Position numbers and translations under genes: made by a program
Notes under the pieces: model-generated
Seen by the model: only the letters and a program-made list of their open reading frames with translations
Databases searched by the model: none
Told to the model about the DNA's origin: nothing
NCBI GenBank assembly: GCA_035948165.1
Contig: DASZJM010000158.1
Span: 1-59,697 of the forward strand
Reading direction: 5' to 3'
Source of the DNA: Candidatus Methylomirabilota bacterium
GTDB taxonomy: Bacteria; Methylomirabilota; Methylomirabilia; Rokubacteriales; CSP1-6
DNA: 59,697 bases
Shown: piece by piece, positions 28,115 to 35,103 of the stretch
Layout of the letters: each line of letters begins with the position of its first letter
Position numbering within the stretch: position 1 is the stretch's first letter

Positions 28115-28999
28115 ATGCAGCGGACCGTCTTCAAGAGCCGATGGCTCCCGTACGTGCTGGTGGCCCCCCAGATGGTGGTCACCGTGGTCTTCTTCTTCTG
28201 GCCCGCGCTGAAGTCGCTGCAGCTCTCGTTCTTCCGGGTCTCCCCCTTCGGGGACAAGTCCACCTTCGTGGGCCTCGAGAACTTCACCAAGCTCCTGACT
28301 GATCCGGACTACTACGCGAGCGTGGTCGGCTCGTTCCTCTTCGCGGGCGGGGTGACCGCGCTCGCGGTGCTGGGCTCGCTGGTCATGGCCGGCCTCGCCA
28401 CCCAGAAGATCCGCGGCCTGGCCATCTACCGCACCCTGCTGCTCTGGCCCTACGGCATCGCGCCCGCGGTGGCCGGCATCATCTTCCTGTTCATCTTCCA
28501 TCCCGCCTACGGGATCCTGCCCTACTTCCTCTCGTTCGTGACCGACTACCAGTTCAACTGGCTGCTCAAGAGCTGGGTCGCGATGACCCTGGTGATCGTG
28601 GCCACCGCGTGGACGCACCTCGGCTACAACATCGCGTTCTACATCGCGGGGCTCCTCGCCATTCCCGCGTCGGTGATCGAGGCCGCCGACGTGGACGGGG
28701 CGGGGCCGATCCGGCGCTTCACCGCGATCGTGTTCCCCCTCGTCTCCCCGATCACCTTCTACCTGGTCGTGCTCAACATGGTCTTCGCGTTCTTCGAGTC
28801 CTTCGGGGTCATCGACGCGGTGACCAAGGGGGGGCCGGGCAAGGCCACCGAGATCATGGTGTACAAGCTCTACCGCGACGGCTTCATCGGCCTCAACCTC
28901 GGCTCCTCCGGCGCGCAGTCGGTGATCCTGATGGCGATGGTCATCCTCCTCACCGTCCTCCAGTTCCGCTTCGCGGAGAAGAAGGTGACCTACCGGTGA
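28115..28999 (+). CDS. ugpA: sn-glycerol-3-phosphate ABC transporter permease
   Basis: 294-aa polytopic ORF of the UgpA/MalF type. Confidence 0.9.
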   Translation: MQRTVFKSRWLPYVLVAPQMVVTVVFFFWPALKSLQLSFFRVSPFGDKSTFVGLENFTKLLTDPDYYASVVGSFLFAGGVTALAVLGSLVMAGLATQKIRGLAIYRTLLLWPYGIAPAVAGIIFLFIFHPAYGILPYFLSFVTDYQFNWLLKSWVAMTLVIVATAWTHLGYNIAFYIAGLLAIPASVIEAADVDGAGPIRRFTAIVFPLVSPITFYLVVLNMVFAFFESFGVIDAVTKGGPGKATEIMVYKLYRDGFIGLNLGSSGAQSVILMAMVILLTVLQFRFAEKKVTYR

Positions 29000-29004
29000 G
29001 TGCC

Positions 29005-29126
29005 CCCGATGAGCGCCAAAGGCGCGAAGAGGCCCAACCCGCGACCAATCTCTCTGGCCGCCCCGCGCTCAGAACAAGAAGTCAGGGTCATTCGCCCACC
29101 CCGGATTGCCCCGACTGGGAAGGGGC
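29005..29126 (+). repeat. 122-bp tandem repeat, unit 1
   Basis: Hand alignment against 29127-29248 gives about 84 percent identity. The first 36 nt and a central 24-nt block are identical. Confidence 0.9.
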
Positions 29127-29248
29127 CCCGATGAGCGCCAAAGGCGCGAAGAGGCCCAACCGCCCGCCGATCTCTTTGGCCGCCTCGCGCTCAGAACAAG
29201 AAGTCAGGGCTGCCCGCCCACCCCGGGTTGCCCCGACCCGGAGGCCGC
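29127..29248 (+). repeat. 122-bp tandem repeat, unit 2
   Basis: Same period: the anchors ATG 29009, ATG 29131 and GTG 29253 are each 122 nt apart. Confidence 0.9.
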
Positions 29249-29252
29249 CCCG

Positions 29253-30140
29253 GTGAGCGCCGTAGACGCAGCCCGCCTCGAGCGCGCGCAGACCCAGATC
29301 AGCGCCGCGCGCCGCCGCCGCGCCCCCGGCGCCTCCTGGCTCGTCCACGCCCTCCTCATCGCCTGCATCGCGGTGGTGGTGTTCCCGCTCTACTTCGCGT
29401 TCGTGGTCTCCACCCAGGACCTGAAGGAGGTGGTCCAGCGGCCGCCGCGGCTGCTGCCGTCGACGCACATGCTGGAGAACTACCCGGAGGCGTGGCAGAA
29501 GTCGAACATGGGCGTCATGCTGATCAACAGCGCGGTCATGGCGGTGACGGTCGCGGTGGGCAAGATCGTCATCTCGATGCTGTCCGCCTTCGCGGTGGTG
29601 TACTTCAGCTTCCGCGGCCGCATGCTCTGCTTCTGGATGATCTTCGTGACCCTCATGCTCCCGGTGCCGGTCCGGCTCATGTCGACCTACGAGGTCATCG
29701 GCACGCTCGGCTGGCTCAACACCTACCAGGGGCTCACCGTTCCTCTGATGGCCTCGGCCACCGCGACCTTCCTGTTCCGCCAGTTCTACCTCACGATCCC
29801 CAACGAGATGGCGGAGGCGGCCCAGCTCGACGGGGCGGGGCCGCTGCGCTTCCTGTTCCGCTTCCTCCTGCCGCTCTCGTGGGCCAACATCGCGGCGCTC
29901 TTCGTGGTGCTGTTCATCTTCGGGTGGAACCAGTACCTGTGGCCGCTCATGATCACCAACACCGAGGCGATGCGCACGGTGGTGATCGGGCTCGAGCAGC
30001 TCATCCCGCGCAGCGGCACCGATCTGCCCACCTGGAACCTGATCATGGCCGGCGCGATGACCGCGCTGCTGCCGCCGGTGGCGATCATCATCTTCATGCA
30101 GCGCTGGTTCGTGAAGGGCCTGGTGGAGAGCGAGAAGTGA
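29253..30140 (+). CDS. ugpE: sn-glycerol-3-phosphate ABC transporter permease
   Basis: Track ORF 29106..30140. I prefer GTG 29253 ([10 protein letters not shown]..., first TM about 26 aa in). The upstream in-frame part is repeat-derived, so the start is uncertain. Confidence 0.8.
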   Translation: MSAVDAARLERAQTQISAARRRRAPGASWLVHALLIACIAVVVFPLYFAFVVSTQDLKEVVQRPPRLLPSTHMLENYPEAWQKSNMGVMLINSAVMAVTVAVGKIVISMLSAFAVVYFSFRGRMLCFWMIFVTLMLPVPVRLMSTYEVIGTLGWLNTYQGLTVPLMASATATFLFRQFYLTIPNEMAEAAQLDGAGPLRFLFRFLLPLSWANIAALFVVLFIFGWNQYLWPLMITNTEAMRTVVIGLEQLIPRSGTDLPTWNLIMAGAMTALLPPVAIIIFMQRWFVKGLVESEK

Positions 30141-30967
30141 GAGGCCTCCTGCTCATGGGCCTGGCCCTGGGCGGCTTCTCCGCGGTGCTCGGCACCATGT
30201 CGGCGGCGGCGCCGGAGATGATCGCGCCCCTCTTCGCGGCCCACCGGGGCGGGGCCGCCCTCTGGCCGGAGAACAGCCTGCTCGCCTTCCGCAACGCGCT
30301 CGCCCTCGGGGCGGACTTCCTCGAGCTCGACGTCCACCTGAGCCGCGACGGCGAGGTCATCGTGATCCACGACGCCACGCTCGATCGCACCACCGACGGG
30401 AGCGGGCCGGTGCGGGAGCGCACCGCGGCCGAGCTGCGCGCGCTCCACCTCAAGGACCGCGGCGGCGCGCCGACCGCGGAGCCGGTGCCCACCCTGGACG
30501 AGGTGGTGGCCCTCGCCGCGACGGGCCAGCGGCAGATGCTGCTCGAGATCAAGACCGACGACCGGAAGCGGCGCTACCCCGGCATCGAGGAGAAGGTGAT
30601 GGCGGTGCTCGACCGCCACCGGTTCACTTCGTTCGCGATCGTGATGGCGTTCGAGGGGGCGACCTGGCGGCGGGTGCGCGAGATCCGGCCGGACGCCCGC
30701 GCGGGCGCGCTCTACTCGGCGCGCGCGCTGCCCCCGGCCGCGATCGAGCCGGAGCTGCAGGCGCTCCGCCAGGCCGGGATCGGCTTCGTCGGCCTCGACC
30801 AGCGCCTGGTGACCGCCGAGGTCGCGCGGCAGGCGCGGCTCGCGGGCCTGACCCTCGGGGTGTGGACGGTGAACGAGCGCGATGCCATCGAGCGCTTCAT
30901 CGGCCAGGGCGTGGGGGTCGTGATCACGGATCGGCCGGACCTCGCCAAGGCGGCGCTCGGGCGGTGA
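30137..30967 (+). CDS. glycerophosphodiester phosphodiesterase (GDPD family), probably exported
   Basis: GTG 30137 overlaps the ugpE stop (GTGA); ATG 30155 is an alternative. Motifs are [14 protein letters not shown] and [17 protein letters not shown]. Confidence 0.85.
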   Translation: MRGLLLMGLALGGFSAVLGTMSAAAPEMIAPLFAAHRGGAALWPENSLLAFRNALALGADFLELDVHLSRDGEVIVIHDATLDRTTDGSGPVRERTAAELRALHLKDRGGAPTAEPVPTLDEVVALAATGQRQMLLEIKTDDRKRRYPGIEEKVMAVLDRHRFTSFAIVMAFEGATWRRVREIRPDARAGALYSARALPPAAIEPELQALRQAGIGFVGLDQRLVTAEVARQARLAGLTLGVWTVNERDAIERFIGQGVGVVITDRPDLAKAALGR

Positions 30968-32478
30968 CCGCGCGCCGCTTCGTCCTCGCCCTCGACCAGG
31001 GGACGACCGGCTCCACCGCGCTGGTGGTGGACCCCGACGGGGCGGTGCGCGCCCGGGGCTACGCGGAGCTGCCGCAGCACTACCCGCAGCCGGGCTGGGT
31101 GGAGCACGATCCGGCCCAGATCTGGTCCACCACCGTGCAGGCCCTCGGCCAGGCGATCGCGGCGGCCGGGATCACGCCGGCCGAGATCGCGGCGATCGGC
31201 ATCACCAACCAGCGCGAGACCGCGATCCTCTGGGAGCGCGCCTCCGGCCGTCCCCTCGGCAACGCCATCGTGTGGCAGTGCCGGCGCACCGCCGCGCTCT
31301 GCGACCGGCTTCGGGCCGACGGGGCCGAGCCCGAGATCCGCCGGAAGACCGGGCTGGTGGTCGACGCCTACTTCTCGGGGACCAAGATCCGCTGGATGCT
31401 CGATCACGACCCGTCGCTCCGGCCCCGCGCGGAGCGGGGCGAGATCTGCTTCGGCACGGTGGACGCCTGGCTGCTCTGGCAGCTCACCGGGGGCGCGGTG
31501 CACGCGACCGATCCCTCCAACGCCTCGCGCACGCTCTGCTACGACATCCACGCGCTCGCGTGGGACGAGGGGCTCTGTCGTCTCCTCGGGGTGCCGATGG
31601 CGCTCCTGCCCACCGTGAAGCCGTCCGCCGGCGTGTTCGGCGAGACGACCGCCGGCGCGGCGCCGCCGCTGCCCGCCGGCATCCCGGTGGCCGGCATCGC
31701 GGGCGACCAGCAGGCCGCGCTCTTCGGCCAGGCGTGCGTGGCGCCCGGCATGGCCAAGAACACCTACGGCACCGGCTGCTTCGCGCTGCTCAACACCGGC
31801 GCGCGCGCGGTGGCCTCGACCGAGGGCCTGCTGACCACGGTGGCGTGGACGGTGGAGGGCGCGACCGCCTACGCGCTCGAGGGCGCGGTGTTCATCGCGG
31901 GCGCGGCGGTGCAGTGGCTGCGCGACGGCCTCGGCCTCATCAAGCAGGCGGCCGAGACGCAGGCGCTCGCCCAGTCGGTGCCCGACACCGGAGGCGTCTA
32001 CCTGGTGCCCGCCTTCGTGGGCCTGGGCGCGCCGTACTGGGATCCCTACGCGCGCGGCACGCTCGTCGGCATCACCCGCGGCACCTCGCGCGCGCACGTG
32101 GCTCGCGCCGCGCTCGAGGCCATCGCCTACCAGAGCCGCGACGTGCTCGACACCATGCGCCGCGAGGCGGGCGTCCCGTTGACGACGCTGCGGGTGGACG
32201 GCGGAGCGGCCGCCAACGACTTCCTCTGCCAGTTCCAGGCCGACGTGCTGGGGGTGGAGGTGCTGCGGCCCTCGGTGACCGAGACCACCGGACTCGGCGC
32301 CGCGTACCTGGCCGGCGTGGGCGCCGGGCTCTGGAAGAGCGGCGATCTCGGCGGGCGCTGGAAGCTCGAGCGGGAGTTCACCCCGACCATGTCGCCCGCC
32401 GCGCGCGAGGCCGGCTACGTGGGGTGGCGCCGCGCGGTGGAGCGCGCGCGCGGATGGATCGAGCCCGACCGAGCCTGA
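30964..32478 (+). CDS. glpK: glycerol kinase
   Basis: GTG 30964 overlaps the upstream stop (GTGA). Motifs are [14 protein letters not shown] and GWVEHDP. Confidence 0.95.
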   Translation: MTARRFVLALDQGTTGSTALVVDPDGAVRARGYAELPQHYPQPGWVEHDPAQIWSTTVQALGQAIAAAGITPAEIAAIGITNQRETAILWERASGRPLGNAIVWQCRRTAALCDRLRADGAEPEIRRKTGLVVDAYFSGTKIRWMLDHDPSLRPRAERGEICFGTVDAWLLWQLTGGAVHATDPSNASRTLCYDIHALAWDEGLCRLLGVPMALLPTVKPSAGVFGETTAGAAPPLPAGIPVAGIAGDQQAALFGQACVAPGMAKNTYGTGCFALLNTGARAVASTEGLLTTVAWTVEGATAYALEGAVFIAGAAVQWLRDGLGLIKQAAETQALAQSVPDTGGVYLVPAFVGLGAPYWDPYARGTLVGITRGTSRAHVARAALEAIAYQSRDVLDTMRREAGVPLTTLRVDGGAAANDFLCQFQADVLGVEVLRPSVTETTGLGAAYLAGVGAGLWKSGDLGGRWKLEREFTPTMSPAAREAGYVGWRRAVERARGWIEPDRA

Positions 32479-32543
32479 CTTTGTACCTGAGGAGCAATCG
32501 GCCAAGGGAATAATACTCAGCTAAATCAATGGCTTGATGATTC

Positions 32544-32572
32544 TTGTCAGCCTCGGAAGCGTGTGATAGTGT
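32544..32572 (+). promoter_or_regulatory. putative promoter TTGTCA-N17-TAGTGT in the AT-richer region upstream of the atp genes
   Basis: Read directly: -35-like at 32544-32549 and -10-like at 32567-32572. The atpZ ATG at 32583 follows closely. Confidence 0.3.
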
Positions 32573-32582
32573 TCCTGTTCAC

Positions 32583-32819
32583 ATGGCTCCGGAAGAACGG
32601 GGGCCGGCGCAAGGGCAGACCGCTCAGCTCGTCAATCTCGGGACGATGCTGTTCGCGTGCGTCGCGGTCGGCCTCGCGGCGGGCTACTTCGCCGACCGGT
32701 GGCTCGGGACGAGCCCGTGGCTGTTGCTGCTCGGGCTCGCCCTCGGCATCGTGGCGGCGGCGGTGAACTTCTACCGGACGATCAAGGCACTGAACGAGCA
32801 GGATTCGAATGATCGCTGA
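32583..32819 (+). CDS. atpZ: AtpZ/ATPase_gene1-family small membrane protein
   Basis: Track ORF 32544..32819 starts at a TTG; I prefer ATG 32583. GLAAGYFADRWLGTSPWLLLLGLALGIVAAAVNFYRTIK matches the family pattern as I remember it. Confidence 0.7.
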   Translation: MAPEERGPAQGQTAQLVNLGTMLFACVAVGLAAGYFADRWLGTSPWLLLLGLALGIVAAAVNFYRTIKALNEQDSNDR

Positions 32820-33177
32820 TCTCGCAGCACGAGTGACGTGGACGGCAAGCGCCACGGTGGCCGCGATGGCCGCGGGCGCCTGGTGGCTCGGCGGCGCGCC
32901 GGTCGCGGCGGGAGTGGGCGGCGGCGGGGCCATCGCGCTGCTGAACTTCCGGTGGCTCGCGCGCGACGTGAGCCGGGCCACCGCGCTGATCGCGGAGGGC
33001 GGAGGCGGCGTCGGGCGCATCGGCCGCGTGGGCCTCCGCCAGCTCGTCACCTTCGGCGCGCTGGGCCTGCTGGTGGCGCAGGGCTGGGCGCACCCGGTCG
33101 GGGTCGGGATCGGGCTCGCCGCGCTGCCGCCGGTGCTCCTGGCCCAGGGTCTCCTCGACGCCCGGAAGGAGGCCTGA
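32809..33177 (+). CDS. atpI: ATP synthase protein I-like membrane protein
   Basis: 122-aa hydrophobic ORF lying between atpZ and atpB. The call rests on position and topology only. Confidence 0.55.
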   Translation: MIADLAARVTWTASATVAAMAAGAWWLGGAPVAAGVGGGGAIALLNFRWLARDVSRATALIAEGGGGVGRIGRVGLRQLVTFGALGLLVAQGWAHPVGVGIGLAALPPVLLAQGLLDARKEA

Positions 33178-33180
33178 GCC

Positions 33181-33936
33181 GTGGAGATCATCGAGCACCC
33201 GCCGATCCTGCACATCCCGGCCATCCCGGACCACATCCTCTACACGTGGATCGTGATGGGGATCCTGGTGGTGGTCTCCTTCGTGGCGACCCGCCGGGTC
33301 GCGCTGGTGCCGACCGGGGGCCAGAACTTCATGGAGCTGGTGCTCGACCAGTTCTTGAAGGAGCTCGACGAGACGATCGGCCACGAGGGGCGGCGCTACC
33401 TGCCGCTGATCGCCACCCTCGGGCTCTTCATCCTCACCTCGAACCTGATGGGGCTGATCCCGGGGCTGGTGGCGCCCACCGCCAACCTGAACACCACCGC
33501 GGCGTGCGCGCTGATCGTGTTCATCACCTACCACGTGATCGGGGTGCGCAAGCAGGGCTTCATCCCGTACATGAAGCACTTCGCGGGCCCGGTGCCGACG
33601 GTGCTGAAGCCGCTGATGTTCGTCATCGAGATCATCAGCCACTGCGCGCGGCCGCTCTCCCTGTCCCTCCGCCTCTTCGGCAACATGATGGCCGGCCACA
33701 TCCTGCTCGCCATCTTCTTCTTCATGATGGGCTTCGACGGGATGCTGGGCTGGGCGCTCTCCGGCACCCTCGGAGGGATCGTGGTGGGAGCCCCGGCCGC
33801 GATCATCATGGTCGTGTTCGTCGTGGGCTTCCTGTTCCCGCTGAAGATCCTGGTCGCGTTCATCCAGACCTTCATCTTCTGCAAGCTGGCCATGCTCTAC
33901 ATCGCGGCCGCGGTCGAGGAAGCCGAGCACCACTAG
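33181..33936 (+). CDS. atpB: F0F1 ATP synthase subunit a
   Basis: 251-aa ORF with a GTG start after GGAAGGAGG. The conserved Arg sits in LSLRLFGNMMAGH. Confidence 0.95.
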   Translation: MEIIEHPPILHIPAIPDHILYTWIVMGILVVVSFVATRRVALVPTGGQNFMELVLDQFLKELDETIGHEGRRYLPLIATLGLFILTSNLMGLIPGLVAPTANLNTTAACALIVFITYHVIGVRKQGFIPYMKHFAGPVPTVLKPLMFVIEIISHCARPLSLSLRLFGNMMAGHILLAIFFFMMGFDGMLGWALSGTLGGIVVGAPAAIIMVVFVVGFLFPLKILVAFIQTFIFCKLAMLYIAAAVEEAEHH

Positions 33937-33966
33937 TCGCAGTCACCCTCAACAAGGAGGAAAGCC

Positions 33967-34284
33967 GTGCAACGCATTCTCACCGTGAGTGTTCTGGCGA
34001 TTCTGGCGGTCCCGGGGATGGCCTGGGCGGCCGACGCCGCGGGCTCGGGCGACATGGCGAAGGCCTTCGCGGTCCTGGCCGCCGGCCTCGGCTTTGGCCT
34101 GGCCGCGGGACTCTGCGGCCTGGGTCAGGGCCGCGCGGCGGGCTCGGCGGTGGACGCCATGGCGCGGCAGCCCGGCGCGATCGCCCGGATCCAGACCGCG
34201 ATGCTGCTGGGTCTGGCGTTCATCGAGTCGCTCGTGCTGTTCGTGTTCGTCATCGCGGTCATCCTGCTGTTCGTGAAGTCGTAG
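33967..34284 (+). CDS. atpE: F0F1 ATP synthase subunit c with a signal-peptide-like N-terminal extension
   Basis: GTG 33967 lies 7 nt after AAGGAGG. It has the ARQP loop and an ion-binding Glu in AFIESL. An internal ATG at 34054 would give a canonical 76-aa protein. Confidence 0.9.
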   Translation: MQRILTVSVLAILAVPGMAWAADAAGSGDMAKAFAVLAAGLGFGLAAGLCGLGQGRAAGSAVDAMARQPGAIARIQTAMLLGLAFIESLVLFVFVIAVILLFVKS

Positions 34285-34301
34285 AGAGGAGCTCGTAGGC
34301 A

Positions 34302-34329
34302 CCGTCCCGGGGCCCGAGCCCCGGGACGG
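34302..34329 (+). terminator. 12-bp perfect GC-rich hairpin downstream of atpE (terminator/attenuator-like, no U-tract)
   Basis: CCGTCCCGGGGC (34302-34313), loop CCGA, GCCCCGGGACGG (34318-34329). Confidence 0.4.
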
Positions 34330-34391
34330 CACGCGGGCTCGCCCGCGAAAGGAATGCCCCACCCGGCGCGAGCAGCGCCGCCGAGACGAAC

Positions 34392-35042
34392 ATGGCACGA
34401 CGGTCGCCGTTCAAGATCCCCCGGATCCCGGAGATGACGGTGCGCCGCCTGTCTGTCTACACTCGCAGTCTCCTCCAGCTGGAGGAGGACGGGGTGAAGA
34501 CCATCTCGTCGCAGGAACTGGCCGAGCGGTTCAGCCTCAACTCGGCCCAGGTCCGCAAGGACCTCGCCTACTTCGGCGAGTTCGGGGTGCGGGGCATCGG
34601 CTACTACGTCTCCGGGCTGAAGGCCGAGCTGCAGCGCATCCTCGGGCTCGACCGGGAGTGGCAGGTGGCCCTGGTGGGCTTCGGCAACCTGGGCTCGGCC
34701 CTCTTCCACTACAAGGGCTTCGCGCGCCAGGGCTTCCGGATCTCCACGATCTTCGACGACGACCCCACCAAGTGGGGCAAGGCGATCGACGGCGTGACGA
34801 TCCAGCCGATGCAGGACCTGCCGAAGGAGGCCAAGGCCCGCAACCTCCAGATCGCGATCGTGGCGGTGCCGGGAGAGTCCGCGCAGGCGGTCACCGAGAA
34901 GCTGGTGGCGGCCGGCATCAAGACCATCCTCAACTTCGCGCCGGGCCGCATCAAGGCGGGGCGGGACGTCCGCCTGAAGAACGTGGACCTCGCCATCGAG
35001 CTCGAGACCCTGTCCTTCTACCTTGCGCAGGGCTCTCGCTGA
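34392..35042 (+). CDS. rex: redox-sensing transcriptional repressor Rex
   Basis: 216-aa ORF with winged helix IPEMTVRRLSVYTRSL and Rossmann motif ALVGFGNLGSAL. Confidence 0.9.
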   Translation: MARRSPFKIPRIPEMTVRRLSVYTRSLLQLEEDGVKTISSQELAERFSLNSAQVRKDLAYFGEFGVRGIGYYVSGLKAELQRILGLDREWQVALVGFGNLGSALFHYKGFARQGFRISTIFDDDPTKWGKAIDGVTIQPMQDLPKEAKARNLQIAIVAVPGESAQAVTEKLVAAGIKTILNFAPGRIKAGRDVRLKNVDLAIELETLSFYLAQGSR

Positions 35043-35103
35043 GAGGCCCGCGGCGTTGACGCCGCGCGCCCCCGGTGGTACCTCTGTTGCGGCGTTCCGT
35101 GTG

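Noticed and set aside
29005-29248. Could the tandem repeat be a CRISPR array or a satellite-type hammerhead ribozyme? The motif CCGAUGA-[GCGCC AAA GGCGC]-GAAG resembles the CUGAUGA-stemII-GAAA hammerhead core.
   Set aside because: It is not CRISPR: two contiguous 122-bp units have no unique spacers and there are no cas genes. It is not a hammerhead: the invariant U4 is C and A15.1 is G. The candidate stem III has a mismatch next to the core. I could not form any stem I between the sequence 5' of the core (CCCC) and the sequence 3' of the putative cleavage site.
29106-29252. ATG 29106 as the true ugpE start, which would add a 49-aa N-terminal extension.
   Set aside because: The extension is encoded entirely by repeat unit 2 read in a second frame, and its composition is Arg/Pro/Gly-rich and not membrane-like. 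GTG 29253 lies in the same CCGGTGAGCGCC context that follows ugpA. This is not excluded, so it is listed as an alternative in the finding.
32562-32583. A canonical Rex (or CRP/FNR) operator in front of the atp genes and before nuoL or rex itself.
   Set aside because: The half-sites TGTGA/TCACA are present once, but with a 12-nt spacer instead of 6. I found no TTGTGAA-N4-TTCACAA-type site by eye upstream of nuoL (18850-18898) or rex (34285-34391). It is kept only as a low-interest finding.
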